Assembly: GCA_034530875.2 (NCBI GenBank)
Contig: JAVRCJ020000001.1
Span: 320,001 to 384,000, forward strand
Direction of reading: 5' to 3'
Source of the DNA: Nostoc sp. DedSLP01
GTDB lineage: Bacteria > Cyanobacteriota > Cyanobacteriia > Cyanobacteriales > Nostocaceae
Length of the DNA stretch: 64,000 nucleotides
The notes below the pieces were generated by a model, which made no database searches, was not told the origin of the DNA, and worked only from the letters and a program-made list of their open reading frames with translations. The translations under genes and the position numbers were made by a program. Shown piece by piece: positions 29,562 to 37,863 of the stretch; the first letter of the stretch is position 1, and each line of letters starts with the position of its first letter.

Positions 29562-29772
29562 GCTGACAATGAGTTTTATAATTAGGCGATCGCACAGCTA
29601 ATCTGAGAAAATGGCATCGAAGAGCGATCGCTCTTTTCGAGATTGCTTTGCTGGCAATGAGTTTTTATAATTGGGCGATCGCACAGCTAATCTGAGAAAA
29701 TGGTATCAAAGAGCGATCGCACTTTTCGGAGATTGCTTTGCCGACAATGAGTTTTATAATTAGGCGATCGCA
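29562..29772. repeat. ~88-90-bp tandem repeat, about 2.3 copies, containing 5 HIP1 sites
   Basis: CAATGAGTTTTATAATT(A/G)GGCGATCGCA at 29567, 29655 and 29745; the intervening sequence is also repeated. Confidence 0.9.
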
Positions 29773-29845
29773 AACATAACCGCCCTTAGTAAAATTATAT
29801 TAACTACCCCCAAGTAGTTACTTTGTTTGGACGATCGGGGAGAAA

Positions 29846-30262
29846 ATGCCAGCAAAAGATGTATACCATGATGCGGTTAAAAATGCCTTAATTAAAAATG
29901 GTTGGATAATTACAGCCGATCCTTATCCCATTAAATATGAAGAAGTGAAACTCTTTGCCGATCTGGCTGGTGAAAAAACTATTGCGGCTAGTAGAGAAGG
30001 AAAACAAATTGTTATTGAAATTAAAAGTTTTCTCAGCCGTTCCCCTATGCGTGATTTTGAAACCGCATTAGGTCAGTATCTCATTTATAAAGCTTTTCTT
30101 TCTATTGAATATCCTGAACAAGAATTATATTTGGCAATCGGGGAAGTAATTTATGAAGATTTCTTTCAAAAAGTTGCAATTCAATTAGTTTTGGAAAAGT
30201 ATCAAGTCTCGTTATTAGTTATTAATATGAAGAAAGAGGAGATTGTGAAATGGATAAGTTAA
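29846..30262 (+). CDS. xisH: XisH family protein
   Basis: MPAKDVYHDAVKNALIKNGWIITADP...IEIKSF...ALGQY. Confidence 0.92.
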   Translation: MPAKDVYHDAVKNALIKNGWIITADPYPIKYEEVKLFADLAGEKTIAASREGKQIVIEIKSFLSRSPMRDFETALGQYLIYKAFLSIEYPEQELYLAIGEVIYEDFFQKVAIQLVLEKYQVSLLVINMKKEEIVKWIS

Positions 30263-30591
30263 CTCAATATCAAAATTTAATAAAGCAAATATTAACAGAG
30301 TATCAAATAATATCTTCACAAGTTACTGTTGTTGATGTGGATGAAGTGTTAATGTTTGATGATGAAAGAAGTCAATATTTGTGGTTCAATATTGGTTGGA
30401 AACAAGGCAAAAGAATTAAAGGAATTTCTGTCTATATTCGCATTAAAAATGAAAAAATTTACATTGAAGAAGATTTGACTGAAGAAGGAATGGCAACTGA
30501 GTTAATGGGTTTAGGTGTTCCTGCTAGTGATATTGTCTTGGCTTTTCAGCCTCCCGAAGCGAGAAAATATACTGAGTTTGCAACGGTTTAA
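30250..30591 (+). CDS. xisI: XisI family protein
   Basis: MDKLTQYQNLIKQIL...KIYIEEDLTEEGMATEL..LGVPASDIVLAF. Overlaps xisH. Confidence 0.92.
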   Translation: MDKLTQYQNLIKQILTEYQIISSQVTVVDVDEVLMFDDERSQYLWFNIGWKQGKRIKGISVYIRIKNEKIYIEEDLTEEGMATELMGLGVPASDIVLAFQPPEARKYTEFATV

Positions 30592-30686
30592 AGATTCGAT
30601 AAATTGCCAGAATATCTTGATACAATTGGTTTGTGCTATTAATAATGGATTTTGCCATTACTTTTAATCATTAAAAGGTGATTTTT

Positions 30687-30911
30687 ATGCAGCAAATTAC
30701 TTTATCAGAAGCGTCTCAACACTTAGGTGACTTCATTGAAGCAGCACTTAATGGTGAGGAAATTATCATCATTAAAGATAATAAACCTGTAGTTAAGTTA
30801 ATGCCTGTAGAGCCAGTTAAACGCCGTCCTAAATTCGGTAGTGCCAAAGGTATAGTGACAATTGCTGATGATTTTGATGCCCCTCTAGAAGATTTTCAGG
30901 AGTATATGTAA
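30687..30911 (+). CDS. Phd/YefM-like antitoxin
   Basis: ITLSEASQHL...GEEIIIIKDNKPVVKL...FGSAKG...DDFDAPLEDF. TAATG coupling to the PIN gene. Confidence 0.85.
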   Translation: MQQITLSEASQHLGDFIEAALNGEEIIIIKDNKPVVKLMPVEPVKRRPKFGSAKGIVTIADDFDAPLEDFQEYM

Positions 30912-31294
30912 TGCAGCAATTACTGGATACTCATATCTTTATTTGGTTTATTATGGGCGACCCAAGAATTAGTAATAACTTGCGAGATCGAATTGAAAAT
31001 AATGATAATTGCTTAAGTATTGCTAGTGTTTGGGAAATGGCAATTAAGCACAGTATTGGCAAACTTAGCTTTAATTTAAATTTTTCCGAGTTTGTCGAAC
31101 AACAAATAATCATGAATGGTATTCAATTAGTAGATATCAAAATTGAGCATATTTTAACTGTTTCCCAAATTCCCTTACATCATCGCGATCCATTTGACAG
31201 AATGTTGATTGCTCAAGCAATAGTGGAAAACATACCTGTGTTAAGTGCTGATACAATATTTGATGCTTATCCAATACAGCGTTTGTGGTCATAA
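30911..31294 (+). CDS. vapC: VapC/PIN-domain toxin
   Basis: LLDTHIFIW, SIASVWEMAIK and HRDPFDRMLIAQA motifs. Confidence 0.92.
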   Translation: MQQLLDTHIFIWFIMGDPRISNNLRDRIENNDNCLSIASVWEMAIKHSIGKLSFNLNFSEFVEQQIIMNGIQLVDIKIEHILTVSQIPLHHRDPFDRMLIAQAIVENIPVLSADTIFDAYPIQRLWS

Positions 31295-31354
31295 GCTTCA
31301 TTAAATTTAGATACATAAACTAGATGTTAAACAGCTTATTGTCACTAATGATTC

Positions 31355-32344
31355 CTAAGTTTTGCGTTGATTAACCCAGCGTGCCGCCTCAATAGCAGAT
31401 GCGAACCGCATAGACACTCTAAAAACCTGCACTTCTCCTGTATGCGGATTTGTTACTTTGAGGAACTGCTTAGGCTGGACATTAATTCCCTCAACAACAC
31501 GTAACAACTTGTATTCTTCCCAAGAGTCAATTTCGACTGCTTTCATTTTTTCAAATATCTTTGTCCAGGCGATATCGTCGAGTTTACGGTTCCGTTGTAG
31601 GGTTATTTTACCGTGATGTGCATTCAGGCTATACCCATCTGCAAAGGCTACGGCAGGTGTATCTTCGCCGTGGAGATGGTTGTCGCTATCAATATTAATT
31701 GAGGTGGCATGGTTGGAAATAATGGCCATATTCTTAAAGAAAAAAGTCCAGCCGCAATTTTTAACAAAGTCTTCTAAAACTAATAATTGGTTTTCAAATT
31801 GATGGTATTTGAAACTATGAATACAAAATTCAAAATAACTACATCCTGCAATTAAAGTTTCAGGTTTGTGGCAGGAAGAGAATATATTTTTAATTAATTT
31901 GCGATCGCGTTTGCCAAAATGTTCCTCCAAAACATCTCCCCATTGTATTTCTAGCTGTTCTTGCAGTAACTTTTCATACTCTTTTGCTAGATTATTTTTA
32001 AACAATGAATGTAAATTTTTTTGTAAATTAATAGGTAGTCGCACGAGCAAATATGATTGCAAATTACTGTAGAGTTTGCTCCAGAATGAACTATCTATAA
32101 TATCATCGAGGATTGTCTCGGAACCATCTTTGATTAAATTCCAGATGTAAGCGATCGCAGCGTTAGGACTATCAACGATAATTATTTCAGGTTCCCTCAG
32201 TTCCAGTGCAGTGTATATTACTCGAACTGCATTTGTAGCGTGTTGTTGGTTAATGCGTTCGGTCGATAATCCAATATGTTGCCATTTTTCTCGACATTGG
32301 GATATCAATGCACGTTTTTCTGGTGTCAGATTTTCGGCGGACAT
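31355..32344 (-). CDS. DUF6745-like protein with a divergent C-terminus
   Basis: LTPEKRALI...EKW..IGLSTERI, LHGEDTPAVAFADGYSL, and FLKVTNPHTG in place of TCPSTG. Confidence 0.72.
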   Translation of the reverse strand: MSAENLTPEKRALISQCREKWQHIGLSTERINQQHATNAVRVIYTALELREPEIIIVDSPNAAIAYIWNLIKDGSETILDDIIDSSFWSKLYSNLQSYLLVRLPINLQKNLHSLFKNNLAKEYEKLLQEQLEIQWGDVLEEHFGKRDRKLIKNIFSSCHKPETLIAGCSYFEFCIHSFKYHQFENQLLVLEDFVKNCGWTFFFKNMAIISNHATSINIDSDNHLHGEDTPAVAFADGYSLNAHHGKITLQRNRKLDDIAWTKIFEKMKAVEIDSWEEYKLLRVVEGINVQPKQFLKVTNPHTGEVQVFRVSMRFASAIEAARWVNQRKT

Positions 32345-32506
32345 AGCAGGTACGCGATACAGTGACTATTTTGTATTAAAGCAGGTTAACTGAAAATTTG
32401 GAAATCAAGATATTAACCTCACTTCAGCATTATAATTTGGCGATCGCATTGAAAATTAAGCTTTTTCTAAACATCAAAAAATGAAAGTTTTTATTATTAA
32501 AACTTT

Positions 32507-32536
32507 GTTGGGTTTCGCTGTCGCTCAACCCAACCT
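32507..32536 (-). repeat. REP-like palindrome
   Basis: Reads AGGTTGGGTTGAGCGACAGCGAAACCCAAC on the minus strand, forming a hairpin. Confidence 0.6.
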
Positions 32537-32553
32537 AATATTTTCTATGTCGT

Positions 32554-32997
32554 CTACTGGTTCAACAAGTCAATTGCTCTTTCAATCTCTATCCTCGCTT
32601 TGTAGATAGCTAATAACTTCTCTTGGTCAAATCTATCTGGATAACTCATTCTCCTACCCTCTAGGGAAATTCTAATTAGCGATATTTGCTGGTCGGTCGG
32701 TTCACCTATCTCGGTCAGCACCGTACTAAGGGTTTCCATACACGCCAGGTTAGGTAACTTCAACCCTTTACCTGCTCTCAACTGCTGTAAGGCGATTTGA
32801 CCAAAGGACTGGAGTAAGGCGATATATCCGGCTTTTCCGGATGCACCGATGATGTTAATACCGTATCTGCGGCACAAATTACGCAATTCAGGGATGGATT
32901 GAAGTTCTAATTCGCTTCTAGTGAACATAAAATGAAAGTGTTCATTCTCAAAAAGTGGACATTGGTAGCTGGAACTTTCCACGGCTACAGCTACCAA
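32554..32997 (-). CDS. Hypothetical protein, possibly with an N-terminal SAP/Rho-N-like helical motif
   Basis: ELELQSIPELRNLCRRYGI...KAGYIALL. Start is uncertain (TTG 32997 or ATG 32928). Confidence 0.6.
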   Translation of the reverse strand: MVAVAVESSSYQCPLFENEHFHFMFTRSELELQSIPELRNLCRRYGINIIGASGKAGYIALLQSFGQIALQQLRAGKGLKLPNLACMETLSTVLTEIGEPTDQQISLIRISLEGRRMSYPDRFDQEKLLAIYKARIEIERAIDLLNQ

Positions 32998-33053
32998 TAG
33001 AACTCTATTCTTTTGTTAACAGAACATTCAAGCTATATTCACGTTTCTCAACA

Positions 33054-33242
33054 ATGCCTAACCCAAAAGGGAACCCTCAGAATTTTGAACCAATTAAATC
33101 AACTAGAGACGAACAGTTAACTGAGCAATTAAACTTTCGTGTCACTAAAGAGATGAAAGAAGAAGTCAAGGCAAAAGAAGACCCTCCTGAGTTCTGTCGT
33201 CGCGCTATCCAGAAAGCACTGGATGAAGATAAACAAAAGTAG
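33054..33242 (+). CDS. Small ribbon-helix-helix/CopG-like DNA-binding protein
   Basis: MPNPKGNPQNF...QLNFRVTKEMKEEV...PEFCRRAIQKAL (strand-helix-helix pattern). Confidence 0.65.
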   Translation: MPNPKGNPQNFEPIKSTRDEQLTEQLNFRVTKEMKEEVKAKEDPPEFCRRAIQKALDEDKQK

Positions 33243-33317
33243 AAAAAATGTGTTTATGCATTCTGAATTCTGAGTTCTGAATTCTGATTTATTGATGTCA
33301 TTCCCAGCATAGTGAAT

Positions 33318-33896
33318 ATGACAGCGATCGCTATTAAATTAAACTCCATCATCCAGCTCACCGACAACCAATTTTATCAACTTTGTCGGGAAAACCCTGA
33401 AATCAAATTTGAACGCAACGCCGCCGGAGAACTTCTCATCATGTCACCCACAGGTGGAGAAACTGGAAATTGTAATTTTGAAATTTCTGTTGAGTTCGGA
33501 ATTTGGAATCGTCAAACTCAATTAGGAATTTGCTTTGATTCTTCCACCTGCTTTAAACTCCCTAATGGTGCTAATCGTTCTCCTGATGTTGCTTGGATAA
33601 AAAAAGAACGCTGGAATGCACTCACACCCGAACAAAAAGAAAAGTTTCCCCCAATTGCCCCAGATTTTGTTTTGGAGTTAATGTCACCCAGCGATACTTT
33701 ACGAGAAACGCAAGAAAAAATGCGGGAATATATTGATAATGGAGTCAAATTAGCTTGGTTAATTAATCCTAAAATGCGTCAGGTTGAAATTTATCGTCTT
33801 GGTCAACCAGTGGAAATATTAACATCTCCACAACAATTATCAGGCGAAGATATTTTACCAGGATTTATTTTAAATTTGTCAATCATCTGGAGGTAA
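33318..33896 (+). CDS. Uma2 family PD-(D/E)XK endonuclease, copy 1
   Basis: MSPTGGETG, RSPDVAW and APDFVLELMSPSD motifs. Confidence 0.92.
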   Translation: MTAIAIKLNSIIQLTDNQFYQLCRENPEIKFERNAAGELLIMSPTGGETGNCNFEISVEFGIWNRQTQLGICFDSSTCFKLPNGANRSPDVAWIKKERWNALTPEQKEKFPPIAPDFVLELMSPSDTLRETQEKMREYIDNGVKLAWLINPKMRQVEIYRLGQPVEILTSPQQLSGEDILPGFILNLSIIWR

Positions 33897-33906
33897 AGAT
33901 TGATTT

Positions 33907-34485
33907 ATGACAGCGATCGCTATTAAATTAAACTCCATCATCCAACTCACCGACAACCAATTTTATCAACTCTGCCGGGAAAACCCTGAAATCAAATTTG
34001 AACGCAACGCAGCCGGAGAACTTCTCATCATGTCACCCACAGGTGGAGAAACTGGAAATATTAATTCAGAAATTAGTGCTGATTTTGTGTTTTGGAATCG
34101 TCAAACTCAATTAGGAATTTGTTTCGATTCTTCCACCTGTTTTAAACTGCCCAATGGTGCTAATCGTTCTCCTGATGTTGCTTGGATAAAAAAAGAACGC
34201 TGGGATGCACTCACGCCCGAACAAAAAGAAAAGTTTCCCCCAATTGCCCCAGATTTTGTTTTGGAGTTAATGTCACCCAGCGATACTTTGCGAGAAACCC
34301 AAGAAAAAATGCAGGAATATATCGATAATGGAGTCAAATTAGGTTGGTTAATTAATTTTAAAATGCGTCAGGTTGGAATTTATCGTCTCGATCAACCAGT
34401 GGAAATATTAACATCTCCACAGGAATTATCAGGAGAAGATGTGTTACCAGGATTTATTTTAAATTTGTCAATCATCTGGAAATAA
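33907..34485 (+). CDS. Uma2 family endonuclease, copy 2 (tandem duplicate)
   Basis: Same length (579 nt) as copy 1 and near-identical to it. Confidence 0.92.
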   Translation: MTAIAIKLNSIIQLTDNQFYQLCRENPEIKFERNAAGELLIMSPTGGETGNINSEISADFVFWNRQTQLGICFDSSTCFKLPNGANRSPDVAWIKKERWDALTPEQKEKFPPIAPDFVLELMSPSDTLRETQEKMQEYIDNGVKLGWLINFKMRQVGIYRLDQPVEILTSPQELSGEDVLPGFILNLSIIWK

Positions 34486-34490
34486 GCAAA

Positions 34491-34515
34491 AAGGGCATCC
34501 ATGCAGGACACCCTT
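34491..34515 (-). terminator. Terminator hairpin downstream of chlB
   Basis: Minus strand AAGGGTGTCC-TGCAT-GGATGCCCTT (with G-U pairs) followed by a T run. Confidence 0.6.
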
Positions 34516-34543
34516 TAATTTAAACAATTATTAACTTTGGAAT

Positions 34544-36070
34544 TTATGCTCCAACAGCTTCTTTGGCTGCGTATAATACCTCAGTTGATATTTCTTTGAT
34601 GCCACGATCGCGGGCAAATTTCTCAGTATTTCGCTTCACTTTCCCGCGCACAAATCCCGGAATTTTATTCAATTCTGCTTGACCATCTTTTGTCCAAGTC
34701 AAATCGGAGTCAGCAGAAATTCCTTTAGTAATTACTTCCTTAGTATCGTGACCTCCGAAGATTTCTAACAGATGATCTTCCATTCCTAAAGTGAAGGAAT
34801 TGTAGATTAAATCTGTAATTTGATTTGTACCTTCGTAACCCATAAATGGCTTGTAACCAATGGGGAAATTTTGGATGTGGATGGGTGCTGCAATTACGCC
34901 GCAAGGAATATCCAAGCGTTTACCAACGTGGCGTTCCATTTGCGTGCCGAAAATAGCTGAGGGTTCGACGCGGGCGATCGCATCGCCAATTGCGCCATGA
35001 TCGTCTGTAATCAGCACTTCATCGCAATATTCGCTCACCTGTTCGCGGAACCAGTCGGCATCATATTTGCAGTAAGTTCCAGCCCAAACTACGTGAATCC
35101 CCATTTCCCGGGACAAAATTTTGGTGATGGCGGCGGCGTGGGTGTTGTCGCCAAATACCACTGCTTTTTTACCAGTCAAGTTTTGACAGTCAATGGAACG
35201 GGAGAACCAAGCAGCTTGGGATACGTGTAAAGTTTGCTCGTTTATGAACTCTTCGTAGTCTACATTAGCACCTTGGACGTTAATTACCTGCTGAATTTTG
35301 CGGATACAACGAGCAGTTTCCACTACACCCATCGGTGTAATGTCTATGTAGGGCGTTCCGAATTCTGCTTCTAAGTAACGAGCCGCAGCCAAGCCGAGTT
35401 CGCGGTAAGGTACTAGGTTAAACCAAGCTTGGGGCATTTTCTTCAATTCGTTAACTGAAGCGCCTTCAGGAATTACGGTATTGACTTCAATTCCCAAGTC
35501 AGCCATTAACCGCTTGAGTTCGGTGGAGTCGTGCTGGTTGTGGAAACCAAGGGTAGAAATACCGATGATGTTAACGGATGGCTTTTCGGTTTTGCCTTGT
35601 GGTAATTCGCCTTTTTTGCGGGCTTTCTCAATGTAGAATTGCACAATTTGGTGCAGAGTGCGATCGGCTGCTTGCAGTTCGTTGTAGCGGTAGTGGTTCA
35701 CATCTGCCAGCATGACATCGCCTTTGGCTTCCAGCTGCGCCCGTTCCACAAAGTTGTGTAAGTCTTCTTGCAAAATACTAGAAGTGCAGGTGGGAGTTAA
35801 CACAATTAAATCTGGGCGTTCTTCGGCATCTTTGCGAGTGATGTTATCTACCACCTTTTCCTGGGAACCACGTGCCAAAACATTGCGATCGACAACGCTG
35901 GTTGTGACTGGGGTGAAGTTCCTCTCCCGTTCTAACATGGAGCGCATAACGTTGAAGTAGTCATCGCCTAATGGCGCGTGCATGATTGCATGAACGTTTT
36001 TGAAAGAACTGGCAATTCGGAGAGTGCCGATATGGGCTGGGCCTGCATACATCCAGTAAGCCAATTTCAT
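34544..36070 (-). CDS. chlB: Light-independent protochlorophyllide reductase subunit B
   Basis: [38 protein letters not shown] and the C-terminal PCP_red domain. Confidence 0.98.
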   Translation of the reverse strand: MKLAYWMYAGPAHIGTLRIASSFKNVHAIMHAPLGDDYFNVMRSMLERERNFTPVTTSVVDRNVLARGSQEKVVDNITRKDAEERPDLIVLTPTCTSSILQEDLHNFVERAQLEAKGDVMLADVNHYRYNELQAADRTLHQIVQFYIEKARKKGELPQGKTEKPSVNIIGISTLGFHNQHDSTELKRLMADLGIEVNTVIPEGASVNELKKMPQAWFNLVPYRELGLAAARYLEAEFGTPYIDITPMGVVETARCIRKIQQVINVQGANVDYEEFINEQTLHVSQAAWFSRSIDCQNLTGKKAVVFGDNTHAAAITKILSREMGIHVVWAGTYCKYDADWFREQVSEYCDEVLITDDHGAIGDAIARVEPSAIFGTQMERHVGKRLDIPCGVIAAPIHIQNFPIGYKPFMGYEGTNQITDLIYNSFTLGMEDHLLEIFGGHDTKEVITKGISADSDLTWTKDGQAELNKIPGFVRGKVKRNTEKFARDRGIKEISTEVLYAAKEAVGA

Positions 36071-36348
36071 CTGTATCTTCTCCCTGTCCAACTTAAATAA
36101 CACAAAGTCCCATTAGCAGTGGACTATAAGTGTATGATTACTAAATTAAATCGCTTTTGATTGTCTCAAAACTTGTATTCCGAAAGAAGTGGGCGATTTT
36201 GCAAATTTTGCCTTAAGTGCGATCGCCGAAATCTCCTTCCTGATTAGAATCTAGCTTCTGATTTTCACAACATTACTATTGCTTATTTAAAATAAATCTT
36301 AATTTTTGAGTAAACTTTGTTATCAATTTGGGGCAGTGTGTTAAATAT

Positions 36349-36972
36349 TTAGGCGATCGCACCAGCACGAAAAATCTCTTCGGCAGTCAAATTTAAGTCC
36401 GGGAAGGTTGGCGATTGAACGCGATCGCCGCCACGGAACTGACTAACTTGGTATTCACCTTCTATCAAACAGTAAATCGATATAGTTGCTTGTTTAGGGT
36501 TGCCAATAAAGCGCCTACCACCTAAAGCTGCATAATCTACAATCCAGTATTCTGGTATGCCTATTGCCTCATAGTCAGCTACTTTTTTTAAATAATCATC
36601 TCTCCAGTTAGTACTAACTACCTCAATGACCAACGGAATAGATGCTGCTTGACTAACAGTTGATTCTTTTTTCCACAGAAGTTCATTAGCTAAATTCGGC
36701 CGATTTAATATCGGGATATCTGGTGAGTAAGCTGATTCACCCTCTGTTGATTTAATAAATACTGTTTTGGGTATGAAATAAGGTAAGTTTAAGCGCTTAT
36801 ATTCTGTAACAATTTCTCCAACTAAAAATCCAATTACCTCTTCATGCTCCCCTGTTAGTGGTGACACTTCAATAATTACTCCATTGTGCAATTCATAGCG
36901 TCGCTGTGGGTTTTCTGGATACCAATCAACAAATTCATCAAATGTAACTAGTTGGCGTAAAGTTTGAGTCAT
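36349..36972 (-). CDS. Uma2 family endonuclease (distinct subfamily)
   Basis: RYELHNGVIIE, IEVVSTNWRDDY and GIPEYWIVDY motifs. Confidence 0.9.
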   Translation of the reverse strand: MTQTLRQLVTFDEFVDWYPENPQRRYELHNGVIIEVSPLTGEHEEVIGFLVGEIVTEYKRLNLPYFIPKTVFIKSTEGESAYSPDIPILNRPNLANELLWKKESTVSQAASIPLVIEVVSTNWRDDYLKKVADYEAIGIPEYWIVDYAALGGRRFIGNPKQATISIYCLIEGEYQVSQFRGGDRVQSPTFPDLNLTAEEIFRAGAIA

Positions 36973-37042
36973 GATTTATTCCTCGACTGTTGACTGTTGA
37001 CTGTTAATGGTTAACAGTCAACAGAAACGGACACGATATTAG

Positions 37043-37612
37043 TTACTGCCGAAAAATTTCTACTTTTTCTAACACTACCTCTTGATTGGGACGGTCTCTA
37101 GTTGTAGGTACATTAGCGATGCGGTTGACTACATCTAAACCTTCAACAACTTTACCAAAAACACTATGTTTGCCATCAAGATAAGGTGTTGCTACTTCTG
37201 TAATGAACCATTGCGAACCATTAGTACCGGGCCCTGCATTTGCCATTGAGAGGATACCAGCACTAGAGTGTTTCAACTCTGGATGAAACTCATCTTCAAA
37301 TCTATATCCAGGGCCACCAGTACCCCAGCGGTTAGCCATATCCAGATAACGACTCAGGGGATCGCCGCACTGAATCATAAATTCAGGGATGACTCGGTGA
37401 AAGCGAACTCCATCATAAGCAGGAGTACCCTTGAGAGATTGACCGGTTTTAGGGTCTTTCCAATCGATTGTTCCAGTTGCTAGACCGACAAAGTTCTTGA
37501 CAGTATTGGGAGTTTTTTCTTCTTCTAAACGTACTACAATTTCGCCCAAGGAAGTAATTAAACGAGCGTGAAGGTTGCCATTACCGGGAATATTAATTTC
37601 TGGAAAATTCAT
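37043..37612 (-). CDS. Cyclophilin-type peptidyl-prolyl isomerase
   Basis: [33 protein letters not shown] and HSVFGKV motifs. Start ATG 37612. Confidence 0.95.
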   Translation of the reverse strand: MNFPEINIPGNGNLHARLITSLGEIVVRLEEEKTPNTVKNFVGLATGTIDWKDPKTGQSLKGTPAYDGVRFHRVIPEFMIQCGDPLSRYLDMANRWGTGGPGYRFEDEFHPELKHSSAGILSMANAGPGTNGSQWFITEVATPYLDGKHSVFGKVVEGLDVVNRIANVPTTRDRPNQEVVLEKVEIFRQ

Positions 37613-37754
37613 GAAGTATCCTATAAATGAAAATTGCAAGTGTTTGAGCTTAGCTCAGGCGATCGCTCGTAATTATTAATTCGTAATTACTTGGTGAAAC
37701 ACCACACCAAAATCTCTGTTTTTGGAGTTTTGAATTAGTTAAGATTTAAATCTT

Positions 37755-37800
37755 GAGCTAATTCAATTATGAATTACGAATTACGAATTACGAATTATTT
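37755..37800. repeat. STRR-type heptamer tract (representative of many)
   Basis: (AATTACG)n here. Other tracts lie at about 9740, 13515, 14495, 21385, 33260, 36985, 39935, 40660, 51590, 52380, 60530 and 62740. Confidence 0.8.
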
Positions 37801-37863
37801 TAAGTTACAGGTGTACAGATTACCAAAAAATTCAACCAAAAAAACTTAAGAAAAAAAAATACT

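Noticed and set aside
29562..29772. CRISPR mini-array
   Set aside because: The sequences between the conserved parts are themselves near-identical, so this is a tandem duplication.
29846..30591. fdxN excision element
   Set aside because: No XisF serine recombinase or interrupted nif/fdxN gene is in the window; xisHI pairs are commonly stand-alone.
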